Shown here piece after piece: positions 27,797-41,079 of a stretch of 64,000 bases of DNA. Position 1 is the first letter of the stretch; each line of letters starts with the position of its first letter. Source of the stretch: Octopus vulgaris (taxonomy: Eukaryota); NCBI GenBank assembly GCA_951406725.2, contig OX597824.1:97836001-97900000 (forward strand), read 5' to 3'. A program made the translations under genes and the position numbers. The notes below the pieces were generated by a model. The model saw only the letters and a list, made by a program, of their open reading frames with translations, made no database searches and was not told where the DNA came from.

Positions 27797-28076
27797 CAGC
27801 GGATCTTCGGTTTACGAACAATTTTTCTAACATAAAACGTCTCGGGTAACGAACGGTGTATCGAGTAACGAACTCGCAAGCCAGGAACAGCGTTTAGCGA
27901 CAAGCTGAGAATGTCAGCGAGAGGGCGTCAGTTGGCGGCCTAGGTTTCGCTCATTGCACATCCCTGCTTCAATTTGCTGTGCCTTCACTTGGATTTCCAG
28001 TAGGGAAAAACAGTTTCGATTTACGAACATTTCAGCCTTGAGGAACGAATTAATTTCGTAAACCGAGGTTCTATTG
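27797..28076. mobile_element. Tigger-like MITE, second copy created by the tandem duplication
   Basis: Same TIRs and TA flanks as 26593-26872. Confidence 0.75.
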
Positions 28077-28683
28077 TATAAGCATGTCTCCCTCACTGTC
28101 TCTGTCTGTCTCTCTCTCTCTCTTTCTCTCTTTCTCTCACTCCAGCTCGTGTGAAACGGGTCGCAATCCGAATTCCTTTATTAAATTTTCTTTACTTTGT
28201 ACATTATGTTTATTTTACAGAGACCACACCGCGAGTGAAAGGTGTCAATTATCTCAGCCAATTAATAAATTAAGTCTTATTATAAGATTAATTGTCTCCA
28301 ACACAGCCACACGTATTTATTTTCCTACCTCGTATTTATCACGACCCTCTTCCCACACCTCGTCTCTCTCACTCTCCACCCCTATCTCTCTTTCTCTCTC
28401 CCTCTCCCTCTTTATCTCTCTCTCTCTCTCTCTTACATTACCTCTTTCTCAGCCTTCCTCATAACCTTTCACTAATGGCGCTCTGGTAATCACTTCCGCT
28501 ATTTACAAGTGAAAAGTTTAATTAATAATTAATGATTTCTGCGGCGGCGTTGTGCCATTGCTCTGTCAGAAATATATATAATCGATGGTTCCTTATTTTC
28601 TCCTCATAAGCGACTGGAACTGAGCTAACATCACAGAAAGAACACAGCTCAAAATCCTCAAAAGTATATATATATATATATAT

Positions 28684-28798
28684 ACTTTATTTAAAGCAGC
28701 AGAAAATTCAACAAGACCTGTTACTCTGAGTTTCCCGTTGCCGTTCATTGGACAGTTTTTGCTAGAATAGAGCCGATATGTTAATTCTATCCAGACTA

Positions 28799-28799
<1 letters not shown>
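28684..28799 (-). mobile_element. Short (TA)n-embedded PLE-like element, family C, hammerhead-like motif at 28718-28755
   Basis: CTGT-CCAATGA-ACG-GCAA-CGG-GAAACTC-A-GAGT-A-ACAG, then AATAAA. (TA)n on both sides. Confidence 0.65.
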
Positions 28800-28860
<61 letters not shown>

Positions 28861-29112
28861 GTGTGTATATTTATGTATCTATATATGTGGATTTTGAAGC
28901 GATTAGACGCGCCTTTTTCGAAATATATTCGAGATTTAATGACAAGGCTGTCAAGATTTAACCTTTTAGAAATTAATTCTAAGAAGATTACAAAAAAATG
29001 GTAAACGCGTTTTTAAAACTATAAAAAAAAGTAACGTTTTAATTACAATCATAAATATTTATTTATGCATGCGCGTATGTACGTATGTGTATGCATATAT
29101 ACATGCATGTTT

Positions 29113-29337
29113 AAGGCGGCGAACCGGCAGAAACGTTAGCACGCTGGGCGAAATGCGTAGCTGTATTTCATCTGCCGTTACGTTCTGAGTTCAAATTCCG
29201 CCGAAGTCGACTTTGCCTTTCATCCTTTCGGAGTCGATAAATTAAGTACCAGTTACTCACTGGGGTCGACGTAATCCGTTTGTCTGTCCTTGTTTGTCCT
29301 CTCTTTGTTTAGCCCCTTGTGGGTAGTAAAGAAATAT
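29113..29337 (+). mobile_element. tRNA-derived SINE with a Nin/Deu-like central domain
   Basis: B box GAGTTCAAATTCC followed by GCCTTTCATCCTTTCGGAGTCGATAAATTAAGTACCAG. Copies at 48680-48910, 57360-57555 and 59422-59640. Confidence 0.85.
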
Positions 29338-30427
29338 ATATATACATGCATGTATGTATATATGTGTGTGTATATATATGTTTATATATATGCATATATG
29401 TATACACATACACACACTGATATGTACATATATATGTATAGGTATATATTGACACATGCGTGTATTTAACAAATGAGCCACCTGTGTGCATAGAGATGTG
29501 TGTGTGTGTGTGAGAAACCCTCTCGTCTTGCTTAAAAACGTATTCACACCCTTATGTACTTTTGTTACCCCCTTGCGCAGGTACCAGCAACCCCTTCCTC
29601 CTTCCTCTTGCCACCCCCTATGCTTCATCGACCCCCTTTATTCCCACACACTCTCACTGGCTTTCACTTCCTTGCATGTACACATTCGAGCCACACAACC
29701 GAAGAATTCACGCAAACGCACACACAGAGAAATACACACACATACGCACACACCAAACACACACACGAAGAAACACATACACACACACACACACCAAACA
29801 CAAGCACACACACACGGAGAAATACATGCACACACACACACCACACCAACTAGCCAATGCATTTTTACCAAATTTCCAGCACACCCACACATATACATCA
29901 CTCTCCTTCATGTCCGTTTCTAGGTGGGGGGGGGGGGGCTCTTATACTTGTATCCATACAACCCACTCCTTCTCCTCATAATCTCCCCCACTTTCCTCTA
30001 TTTCTGACCATTTCTCTACACTTCTTTCTTTTTTTCTGATGACAGACTCCGCTCCGAATCGTTCCGACACATTTTCGTCCCACTGAAGGTTTAAGCAAAT
30101 ACTTTACTTGTCAGACTTAGTTCTCCTTAAGTTGTCCTCTGTAAAGTTTGCTGCATTTACAATATACACACATACATACATACATGGATGCATACATACA
30201 TACATACGTAATATATATATTTATATATATGGTTCGTTTTGTTCTCTTACTTTATTATCATCTTATAATCATGTCATAATAATGACCTTTATGACTCGTA
30301 TTACTACCTCAGTCAATCTAAATATATATATTTGTCACTACCTGTCATAAATAGCCTTTTTCTATTTGCAATATGCATTTTCGTTGATTTTTCATATTTT
30401 ACCCTTATATATATATATATATATATA

Positions 30428-30720
30428 TATACAATATGTTACATTACTCGGTAGTCAAGATAAAACTCTGAGTTTCAGATGCCGAAGTGAAATCCACAAC
30501 ACCATCTCTTCGGTTATCTGGCTATTTGAAAACGTTATCTTATAACGTTTTCAAATAGCCAGATAACCGAAGAGATGGTGTTGTGGATTTCACTTCGGCA
30601 TCTGAAACTCAGAGTTTTATCTTGACTACCGAGTAATGTAACATATTGTATAGATAAATTTCCTCTATTTACATAATATTGAGGTCTCTTTCTTTCTTTT
30701 GTTATCTTACCGTTTTATCA
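30428..30720. mobile_element. Fold-back PLE-like element, family D: perfect 111-bp palindrome plus a 68-bp one-sided extension
   Basis: Arms 30428-30538 and 30542-30652, loop CTT, (TA)n flanks. The tail is homologous to 41078-41187 and 44388-44493. Confidence 0.92.
30561..30622 (+). ncRNA. Type-I hammerhead ribozyme-like motif (family D), with an identical mirror copy at 30458-30519 (-)
   Basis: AGATAA-CCGAAGA-GATG...CATC-T-GAAACTC-A-GAGT-T-TTATCT. 6-bp stem I, 4-bp stem II, ACTC/GAGT stem III, GUU triplet. Confidence 0.72.
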
Positions 30721-30754
<34 letters not shown>

Positions 30755-31686
30755 ATACACAGACTGTCGCAAAACTGCTTGTTATAACACGTTCTTAACA
30801 ACTTTGAAATCCCAGAAAATGGTGATCGGGGTCAGTGCCCTCCTTTCTGACTAAGCGATATAAAAAGGGAGTCCTTCTATGTTTCCCCGTCTGGAGTCAT
30901 ATTGTTACCGACGCCCTTGTTTTTGTACTCGTTTCTTTTTTGTTGTTCTTTTGCTCTTTTGCCTCTTGAAGTGCAATGTCCTCCGCCCCCACACTCACAC
31001 ACATTTACATACACTAAATGTAAATGCAGCTATCAATAAGACATCAATAGATGTTATTGTTGCGTGCACAAAATGGTGCATAAATACATCTGTGCATGTG
31101 CATATATTTCAACAGATTGCATCGAGGTGGAAGAACGGGTTTGTTATATGACTCACGGAAATGTGCAACAGCGGCGGAGGCGGGAAGATTGCACCGGCGG
31201 TAGTGGTAAGGGTGTGATTGATGGTGGTGGCGGTGGTGGTGGTCTTAGTTGTATGGTCCTGGTGGTTGGGTGCCAACTCCGGTGGTGATGGTCATTTTAA
31301 AGTGAAATGAAATTCTACCATATTCAAAACTATACACGCCAAAATCCTCATCTATCAAGATAACTACCACCACCAACACCACCCACCGCCATAGCCACAT
31401 CCTTCATCACGACTCTTAACCCTTCAGCCTCCTCCAACGAAGAAATGATGGCAATATCGCCACCACCACCACCACTACCATGTTAATCTACCTCCACACG
31501 TTAAAAGTAAATGTATTTTTCACACACACACACAAGTCTTAAGTAATTATCCGGTCCGTTTCACATCAAACCCTAACAAACTTCTGATCTCCATATGTTG
31601 CTCAATGTTATCTTTATTATATTACATTATATATACATGTATATACATATACGCAGAAACATACATATATATCACGCATATTCATA

Positions 31687-31747
<61 letters not shown>

Positions 31748-31906
31748 GTATATATATGCATATATATATATGTATCTATATATACATATATATACATACG
31801 TATATACATGTATGTGTATATATGTACATAAATGTATATATATGTATATACATATACATATGCATATGTATGTATATATACATATATATATGTATACATA
31901 TATATA

Positions 31907-31956
<50 letters not shown>

Positions 31957-32579
31957 CACACACATCATGCATAATTGCATTGTATCATACATTTAGAAAT
32001 TAGTTCTTTCTGTTTGTTCTTCCATTTTTTTCTTAGACTTAATGTCATAGCCTCGTAATTCGTAAGTTATATAAACAATTGTTGAGCACTTTTGGAAAAA
32101 CAATATAAATGGAAACCTCGCTAAGACTAATTATTGATGTACCCTGCGGAGTACGTGTGGGTGTGTTAGTGAGTGTGTGTATGTGAGTGATTGTGTGTGC
32201 GTGTGTGTTTAAATAGATTGAGAGAGAGAGAGAGAGAGAGAGAGAATTTCTCTTCTGACAATGTTATTTTTAATCCAATCTAACAACTTATTTAACTTCT
32301 AACAAGTTAGTTTATATGTGTGTGTATATATGTGTGTATATATGCTTGTACGTGTGTGTGTGTGTGTGTTGTTACGGAGTCCTGATATTAAATGTGTCCA
32401 TCGTACCTATTACATTGTTGCTATGTTATCAGTGAAGAGAAGACATCCGGTGTCACGTGGCGTTGTGTCGGCTGCGCTGAGTGTATTTCGGGTTTATACA
32501 GCCTGTTATATACATCCGCGACCGCATCATCACTGGAGCATACACATATATGATGGAAATGTATATAACATATTGCAAA

Positions 32580-32740
32580 TGGCGGTCAATTGCCGAGATC
32601 GTCGGAGAGGTCGGTAAAACGTTTGCCCGTATATCTTCTCCGGCTGTCCGAGTTCTGAGTTCAAATCGGGCCGAAGTCAATGTTTGCCTTTCATTATTTC
32701 GGTATTTGTGCATAAAATAAGAGTAATCCAGAACAGTGGA
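32580..32740 (+). mobile_element. Degenerate Nin/Deu-like SINE
   Basis: GTTCTGAGTTCAAATCGGGCCGAAGTCAATGTTTGCCTTTCAT matches the 29113 family. Confidence 0.65.
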
Positions 32741-33320
32741 TTGGTAGGATTGCAAGCGAATTAGACGGGTTGCATCTGTTCCGGTTCTTAGTGTCTTTAG
32801 TTCAAATTCCACTCCTGCTAATTGTCAACGCTAATGGCTAATTACTCAATCACGTGACGGCAATTGAATACGAAGGAGATTGAGGTGAAATGTGGCTATC
32901 ATTTTACTTGGATGATAATGATGTGCTGTTGTTGTTGTAGTGGTGGTGGTGGAGGTAGTGGTGGTGTGTACACAGACCTTTAGTGAAAGACATTCCAGCG
33001 GTGACCATCTAGATTTTATTTTCCCTCTGTAACATAACCTTGAATACGTTATCTGAAGTGACGCTTTTAAAGATAATTGGCAGCGATTCAGGGAGATGTA
33101 GCTACTATTTCTAGCAGGTCGTGCAACCATGATCAAGCAGTGAAGGTGTCAGTGGTTGTTGTTGTTGTCGTCATTGTTAGACCGAGATCCACATCATCAA
33201 TGATTGGACACAGAAACATGTGTAACAGACGAAATAAAGAATGCCAAATCCATGTTTTATGTTCTTCAGGTCCCTTTCGGACCCTGCAGCAAAAGGGATT
33301 TAACGCGGTTGTTATTTAGA

Positions 33321-33515
33321 GCGGAGGCGCAATGGCCCAGTGGTTAGGGCAGCGGACTCGCGGTCAGAGGATAGCGGTTTCGATTCCCAGCCCGGGCGTT
33401 GTGTGTGTTTATTGAGCAAAAACACCTAAAAGCTCCACGAGGCTCCGGCAGGGGGCGGGCGACCCCTGTTGTACTCTTTCACCCCAACTTTCTCTCGCTC
33501 TCTCTTCCTGTTTCT
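33321..33515 (+). mobile_element. tRNA-derived SINE (head B), 3'-truncated
   Basis: A box TGGCCCAGTGG, B box GGTTTCGATTCC. Matches 40670-40858. Confidence 0.85.
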
Positions 33516-33624
33516 TGAGTTCGACGCCACTGCCCGCATGTGTGTTTCCTGCCGAGAGGTAGGTTCGTCTGGAACCCCTGACAAGAAGAGATCGAGTTTA
33601 GCTTTAAAGAAACCCACATCCACA

Positions 33625-33628
<4 letters not shown>
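33516..33628 (-). mobile_element. CR1-like LINE 3'-terminal fragment
   Basis: Peptide FFKAKLDLFLSGVPDEP...RAVASNS resembles the invertebrate CR1 ORF2 C-terminus (FK.KLD.FL..VPDEP...RAA.SNS). Confidence 0.7.
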
Positions 33629-33672
<44 letters not shown>

Positions 33673-33676
<4 letters not shown>

Positions 33677-33997
33677 AATATTAGGGAATGAATCCAAATT
33701 TACAGGGAAAAAAATCAGAATTAGGGTTAAATCCAATTTTATAGTAAAATATTATATAATATAATTCGAGACAAAACCACTATTTTAAAACCAAACAAGG
33801 AAAGACTTAATCAATACATAAAATTTTAATATAAATTAAATAAACCGCCACTACAAATGTTTCATGTCTGCTCCGACAGTCGGAGCAGACATGAAACATT
33901 TGTAGTGGCGGTTTATTTAATTTATATTAAAATTTTATGTATTGATTAAGTCTTTCCTTGTTTGGTTTTAAAATAGTGGTTTTGTCTCGAATTATAT

Positions 33998-34000
<3 letters not shown>
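33673..34000. mobile_element. Fold-back element: perfect 122-bp palindrome plus a one-sided extension of about 80 bp
   Basis: Arms 33756-33877 and 33879-34000, 1-nt centre, (TA)n on both sides. GAAACATTTGTA reads outward from the apex. Confidence 0.92.
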
Positions 34001-34091
<91 letters not shown>

Positions 34092-34799
34092 ATATATACA
34101 TGTATCTGTGTGTGTGCATATAGTGAGCGGTGAGCGAGAGAGAGAGAGTGTGTATGTGTGTGTAGTATTAGTGAGACAACTTGCTTTTAGAGATAAGCTG
34201 TGTTAGGATTTGAACTGAAACTGGAAAGAGAGACAAATTGTGTATCAATCAGTGTTCCGCCGGCCATATTGTCTTGCAGAGATAATGGCAATGAAGTGTG
34301 TGGTTATTAATAGGGGGGGAGGGAAACAGGTTTAGAAATAGGGAGGAGGAGGAGAGGGAGGAAGAAAAGAAAGAAAGGCAAGAAGAAGAAGAAGAAGAAG
34401 AAGAAAAAGAACAGTGACGATAACGGCGGCAGCGGTGGCGAGGACGACGACGACGATGACGGTTGAAGATGGTGTAGGGGGGGGGGTCGTAGACGGGGAA
34501 AAAGTAAAGAACGTTTACGAAGAGTTTCCCATGTTTACAGAACTTAGAATAATTTCGTGACAAGTGATGACAGTATTGGGAATCGATCAGCTGACAGCTG
34601 ACACCGACACCACCGCCACCACCACCACCACCACCACGCTTGGTACTCTTGATACTGGAGCTTTTGTTGTTGCTGTTGTTGTTGCTGCTGCTGCGAGTGA
34701 TTTAGTCGATGCTGTTCCCAGCCATTGTATTTGTGACTAATGACTGACCCCACCGCCTCTATTTATAACATTATTCAGCGATATTGTGGGGGTGGGGGA

Positions 34800-34909
34800 A
34801 GTAGTAGTAGTAGTAGTAGTAGCAGCAGCAGTGGTGGTGGTGGTAGTGGTGGTAGTGGTAAAGGTAGTGGTAGTGGTAATAGTAGTAGTGGTAATAGTAG
34901 TAGTGGTAA

Positions 34910-34958
<49 letters not shown>

Positions 34959-35137
34959 GGTGGTAGTGATGGTGGTGATGGTAGTGGTAGAGGTAGAGGT
35001 AGTTGTAGTGGTAATAGTAGTAGTGGTAGTAGTAGTAGTAGTAGTAATAGTGGTGGTAGTAGTGGTGGTGGTGGTGGTAGTGATGGTGGTGATGGTAGTG
35101 GTAGAGGTAGAGGTAGTGGTAGTAGTAGTAGTAGTAG
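34800..35137. repeat. (GTA/GTG)n compound microsatellite with an internally duplicated block
   Basis: The block GGTGGTAGTGATGGTGGTGATGGTAGTGGTAGAGGTAGAGGTAGT occurs twice, about 114 bp apart. Confidence 0.9.
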
Positions 35138-35967
35138 AGGGACATGACTACAGAGGGGAAACTAGTGGCTTTACTAAGTCATCATCATGAGTCGAGACAG
35201 AAGAAGAGTGCAGAAGGTGGTGGTGGGGGAGGGCAGTCCTCTGGGGTGGCTCCTGCCCCACTTCCCATTCGAACACCAATACTACCAATCCAGTCTCACA
35301 ATGTGACCACCACCACGACGATACTATATCATTGTCATCGCGGCCATTACGCCCCCCCCCCCCACCCACCAACACCAGCGCCACTCACCATCGCGGCCGC
35401 CACAAACGCCATCACTGAGAGGTGCTTATCGGAGATGGGTTGTAACAGGGGCAAAAGGGGATTTGTTATGGGGTTTCAGGGGTGGGGGATGGGGTGAGAA
35501 TGTCAAAATAGGAAAGGCCACGGAGTGGGGGTACAATGATGAGAAATCCCAGCACGAAGAGATGGGGGGGGGGCGAGGAGGCATGTGGATGGCTGGTTGC
35601 CTGTGTCTATATACATACATCCCTTTACATCCATCCATGTATATATACATACACACACACACACACACATATATATATTATATATATATATATATCATAT
35701 ATAATATATATAGAGAGAGACAGACAGACAAACAAACAGACAGACAGAGAAAGAGAGACAGAGACAGACAGACAGAGACGGGTAGATAGATGTGGTGTGC
35801 GTTCTAATCGCCATTCTATCATCAGTAAACAGGAAAATTACCAGTAACGCCCTCTTCAAAACAGATACGACTTTTACTATGGAAAGTACATGCTATATAC
35901 GGATATACGGGTGTATATATGTGTGAATGAGTGTACATAGGTATATGTATACATACATATATGCATG

Positions 35968-36014
<47 letters not shown>

Positions 36015-36054
36015 TGTATATATATATATATATATATACATGTGTGTGTATTTA

Positions 36055-36116
<62 letters not shown>

Positions 36117-37091
36117 CTTTACCTCTCTCTTACTCCTCCTCTTCCTCCTCGACTCTCTCTGGCACGTGATCAGAGGGAAGCCATCTTCACCAAGACCAGA
36201 CCTGCTTATCCTGTCTCTTCATAAGCTGTCTTCTTAAGCGTTCAGAATAATTTTTCCATCGTCTTGACTAATGTTTGTTTTTTCTGTTTTGTTCTCATTG
36301 TTTTGCCTTTTACTGTTTTTACTTTTTTTATTGTTTTTACTGTTTTGTTCTTACTGTCCTGTTCTTGTTACCACGTTTACTCTCCGCAAAAATCTTAAAT
36401 TTTATTTAATTTGCTTTGCAGGAAGAACTGTTTCAACGAAGTCGCGTCTTGTCCTTACCTTCGGAACGCGGAGTAGACGAAACAGGGACAACTGAAGAAG
36501 GAGAATATTCTTTGTGTTGTATGTCTTGTGCTCTGTTTACTTCAGCACTGGATGAGGGCCATCACGAGGTGTCTCAATGTGGTAGCGTTCACTATCGGAT
36601 GTATGGTGCACGAAAACATCAGCTACAAGTTTCATGTGATGGGAATAACGCCTTTGATAAGAGAGGCAAGAAGCTGAAGAATCATCTAAGGACGTTACAC
36701 GCAATATCACGTGGTCTCCTAACTCTCAACATGAATGAAGCATTTGAATAACTGCGTTTGATGCATTGTCAGCGAGGGGACCGGACGACGGTCACTTAGT
36801 GTCCAACAATCGTAGGAGAGTGCCATGATAGGCACGGATGAAGAGAAGCCACCTGATGCTGTCACGCAGTGTGTTTTTGTCAGGATTGGTAGAACCCCTT
36901 CATTTTCATTTTTTTCTTTCTTCTTTATGAATCAAGTTGAATATGTCGGCCATCTTTCTGAGACTGTTTTTTTTCTACGTGGTGGCCTTGGGTCTTGTTT
37001 GTTCTCGGTTACCAGGCACGCACGAACATATTCGTACACACACACACACACATACACACACACGGACACACACACGCACACACGCGCACAC

Positions 37092-37124
<33 letters not shown>

Positions 37125-37894
37125 TCTAATATGTACGTGTGTGTGAGTGCATATGTATGCGTGTGTTTATGTCCGTCTGTCTTAATTCTTCCTTAACTCC
37201 CCCCCCAACCTTTATAGTCCTGGCTTCACGTGATAATTTGCTGTAAGTATATTTCCCCACGATCCGTTAGGAACCACCGATTAGCTGTGTCAACCACCCA
37301 CTCAATTCTTTGTAGTCACACACACGTGTATATATAATATATTTGTATATATGTATATGTGTGTGTATATACATACATATATATATATATGTGTGTGTGT
37401 GTGTGTATACATACGTAGATGCACGTACATGCACATATATATACACACATATACACTCGTAAATATGTATGTGTGTGTGCATGTGTGTGTGTTTGTGTGT
37501 GCGTGTATGTGAGAGGGGTAAGAGAATGCTATATACTTCTTTTATCTCTCGTCAACAGATGACATACTTTCACCATTTTCTGTTTATCAACAAATGTTCA
37601 CCATTTCATTCATTCAGAACTTCTGCAATGACTATAAAGTCCTTCCGGTGTAGTTTCATTGACTTCCGGTTATAACTTGGGAACACCCCCCAAATAGCTT
37701 AATCTTTAAAAAAAGCCTTCTCAAATATCTTAGGAGTTTCCCTCCAAAAGTTATCGTATCGCCAAATTTATTGTTGGTCTTCTGAAATAGATTCACCTTT
37801 TCGTAAATATTAAAGATCTCCAAGTAATTCCACATTACTGCAAATATTGTGACGTATCTGGAGTATCTGGCTACAATTTAGATATTGAAATGTA

Positions 37895-37957
<63 letters not shown>

Positions 37958-38496
37958 CTATATGTGTCTCATAAATGGAGAGTGTACAGATGAAAAGTTG
38001 ATGCCAGATAACATCGAAAGTCAAGTGTTTTGGAGTGACATCTGGAGCACAAGAAGGACGCTGAATGGTTGCAAGAACTGAAACAAACAGTAGTCTGTCC
38101 AAAACGGGCAGAACTAGTCATTTCAGTGAACGAAATCAGCAAAAAAGTTAGCAGCTGGAAGGCCCCGGGACCAGATGGAGTTCAAGTCTACTGGATCTAA
38201 AGATTTGAGGAATGTCATGCACCAATAGCTGCGCAACTCAACGCCTTGTTAAATGCCGACCAAGTAATATCAGAGTGGTTGACATTGGGTAGGACAGTGC
38301 TGTGCCTGAAAAAACATCGAAAAAGACAATACGGTAGACAATTATGGGCTGATATCCTGTTTGCCACTTATGTGGAAGTTGACTGGAATACTCGCAGAGT
38401 CAATGTACGAACATCTGGAATAAAATGGAGTCCTGCTACATGAGCAGAAGGGTTGCAAGCGTAAATGCAGAGGTACCAAGGATCAACTCCTGAAAT
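37958..38496 (+). mobile_element. R4/Dong-clade non-LTR retrotransposon RT fragment (pseudogenised)
   Basis: Broken translation FWSDIWS...SWKAPGPDGVQVYWI*...EWLTLGRTVL...[50 protein letters not shown]. Begins directly after (TAA)n at 37897-37957. Confidence 0.88.
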
Positions 38497-39942
38497 GGTA
38501 AGTTTCACTTTGTTTTCGATCTTCGCGGCGAAAATATATATATTTTTTCATTTTATAGAACTCACCCATTTCAAAATAAAAAGCATCGTACCGAAATTTT
38601 CAACTGCTTACCTCCCCGGGGTCAGTTTTTGGAACAGCGATCTCGGCCTTGTATTTCCCATGTTTAAGCCAAAGTTCCACCACTTTGGCCAAAGCCTACG
38701 CGAACAGCTCACGGCGTTGGAAATAACAACAACAACAACAAAGGCATCAAAATCGAAAAACATGGACACAAGCGACACCACCATCATCGCCGCTGCAATA
38801 AATAGCGACAACAACAGCAATAAGAACAACAATGGCGATGTCAAAAGTAAATAACAGAAACAGCAACGAAAGCGAAAAACGATAATGAGAAAATGGCCGA
38901 AATTAACAACAACAGCAACAACAGCAAGAACAAATGCTATCGCCATCACCACCACCATCACCACCTCAACTACCACCACAGCCACCACTATCATCACCAC
39001 CACTGTCACCACCATCACAATCATCACCACAACTACCGCCACAACCACCACAATCACCACCACACAACTGCCGACACAATGCCAAGCGTAGTGAAGACCA
39101 TTGTGGATAATAGCAGACTATATCGCAACGTTTCAAACCAAGGAATGTTGGCAGAACGATCTTACCAAACTTTCCGCGAAGCATAACAGACCTGATTTAA
39201 TCATTTGAAACGGGGAAAAGAAAATCGCATCGTCTTCGAGATCAACGTCTCTTCAGATTTGAACATCTCCTTCAGAATCAGTGAAAAGGATATAGGAAGT
39301 TGTTTTTGAAGCATAGAGCTTCTCTGCCATCATCATAAATTCATATCTATACCAGTAATTATTGGTGTGCATGGTTATGTTAGTAAATGTGTAAATGACA
39401 GTTTGGAAATAATGTAGTTTTTTTTTCAGCGACGAAAGTAACCGATTGACATACACTTTGTAAATAGAGGTAGTGTGCGGAACAATAAATATATACAAGA
39501 CGTTTCTAAATAACGATAGGTAACTCTTCATCTTATTCGAATCTTATGATAGACTTTTCTTTATCAAAGGCCAACAGCTTCTTAAAGAAGGAATTCAAAA
39601 ATATGTACAAGAACTGCGGGACAAATACACACACACATACATATACATGCATACATGCATGCATACATACATACAAACACATACGCTCATTCATTCAAAC
39701 ATTTTTACATACATACATATATACATATATTCATTCATAAACAAATACATGTTACACGCATACACACACACACACACTACAACACAACATAACATACAAA
39801 ACACATACACACTTATAACCACAGACAATTACAGAGAGATATATACCCACATATACATGTATACGCACAAGCGTAGACAAAAATATACACCTACTCACTC
39901 TGACGCACACATGCCAAGATATGCACACACACACACACACAA

Positions 39943-39986
<44 letters not shown>

Positions 39987-40483
39987 GCGCGCGCGTGCAC
40001 TCGTTTTCCTGCGTTATGTTGAACACGCTGTTATACAAAGATGTTAGTGTATTTAGAGAAGGAATTAATACAAGGTTAGATATCGGGTGGTCGTGATGCT
40101 GGGTGTTGAATGGTCGGGTATCGAGTGTCGGGTACTCGTTTGAAGTTTTGGGATGGTTTGGATGCTGAGTATTCGTGTGTCGAGTGGCTGCTTGCAGAAT
40201 GGTGAGGTTGTCAAGTGGTCGGGTACAGTCGGGTAGCCAGGGGGTCGGGGGGGGGGGTGAAAAACGGTTTGATTTTCTTTTTTGAGATTTTAATTTACAT
40301 TTTAAAAACACAAGGCCTCTGTAAATGTTAACACAGAACGGATGTCCCTGAACGCTTCATTCCCACGATGATAAGGCTTACACACACACACACACGCACA
40401 TACATACATACATACATACATACATACATACATACATACATACATACATACATACATACATACATGCAAACATACGTGCATCG

Positions 40484-40858
40484 TGGCACTCTGTCGGTTA
40501 CGAAAACGAGGGTTCCAGTTGATCCGATCAATGGAACAGCCTGCTCGTGAAATCAACGTGCAAGTGGTTGAGTACTCCACAGACATGTATACCCTTAACG
40601 TAGTTCCCGGGGAGATTCAGCGTGACACAGAGTGTGACAAGGATGGTCCTTTGAAATGCAGGCACAACAGAAACAGGAAGAAAGAGTGAGAGAAAGTTGT
40701 GGTGAAAGAGTACAGCAGGGTTCGCCACCACCCCCTGTCGGAGCCTCGTGGAGCTTTAGGTGTTTTCGCTCAATAAACTCTCACAACGCCCGGTCTGGGA
40801 ATCGAAACCGCGATCCTATGACCGTGAGTCCGTTGCCCCAAACGCTGAGCCATTGCGC
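40484..40858 (-). mobile_element. tRNA-derived SINE (head B + tail T)
   Basis: The 5' half matches 33321-33515 and the 3' half matches 8140-8323. Confidence 0.88.
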
Positions 40859-40957
40859 TTTCACGTACGTACATACATACATGCATGCATTCATACATTC
40901 GTACATGCACACACACGTATACACACATCTATCCGTTCACGCATACACATATAATAT

Positions 40958-40993
<36 letters not shown>

Positions 40994-41011
40994 CATATAC
41001 ATATATATATA

Positions 41012-41077
<66 letters not shown>

Positions 41078-41079
<2 letters not shown>

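Larger units (their letters stand above)
26050..28444 (+). repeat. Head-to-tail tandem duplication of about 1.2 kb (26050-27251 / 27252-28444)
   Basis: Both units start TCACCACCACCATCAGCAACAACGTC and end CTTACATTACCTC. High identity with scattered substitutions and small indels. Confidence 0.97.

Noticed and set aside
33321-33395. tRNA gene (also the heads at 1160-1233, 8001-8070, 19615-19683 and 63778-63850)
   Set aside because: A and B boxes are present, but there is no intact acceptor stem and each continues into a repeated SINE body.
33681-33726. Two TTAGGG hexamers as telomeric repeats
   Set aside because: Isolated and 40 bp apart, not an array.
34740-35190. Gly/Ser-rich ORF
   Set aside because: Compound (GTA/GTG)n microsatellite.
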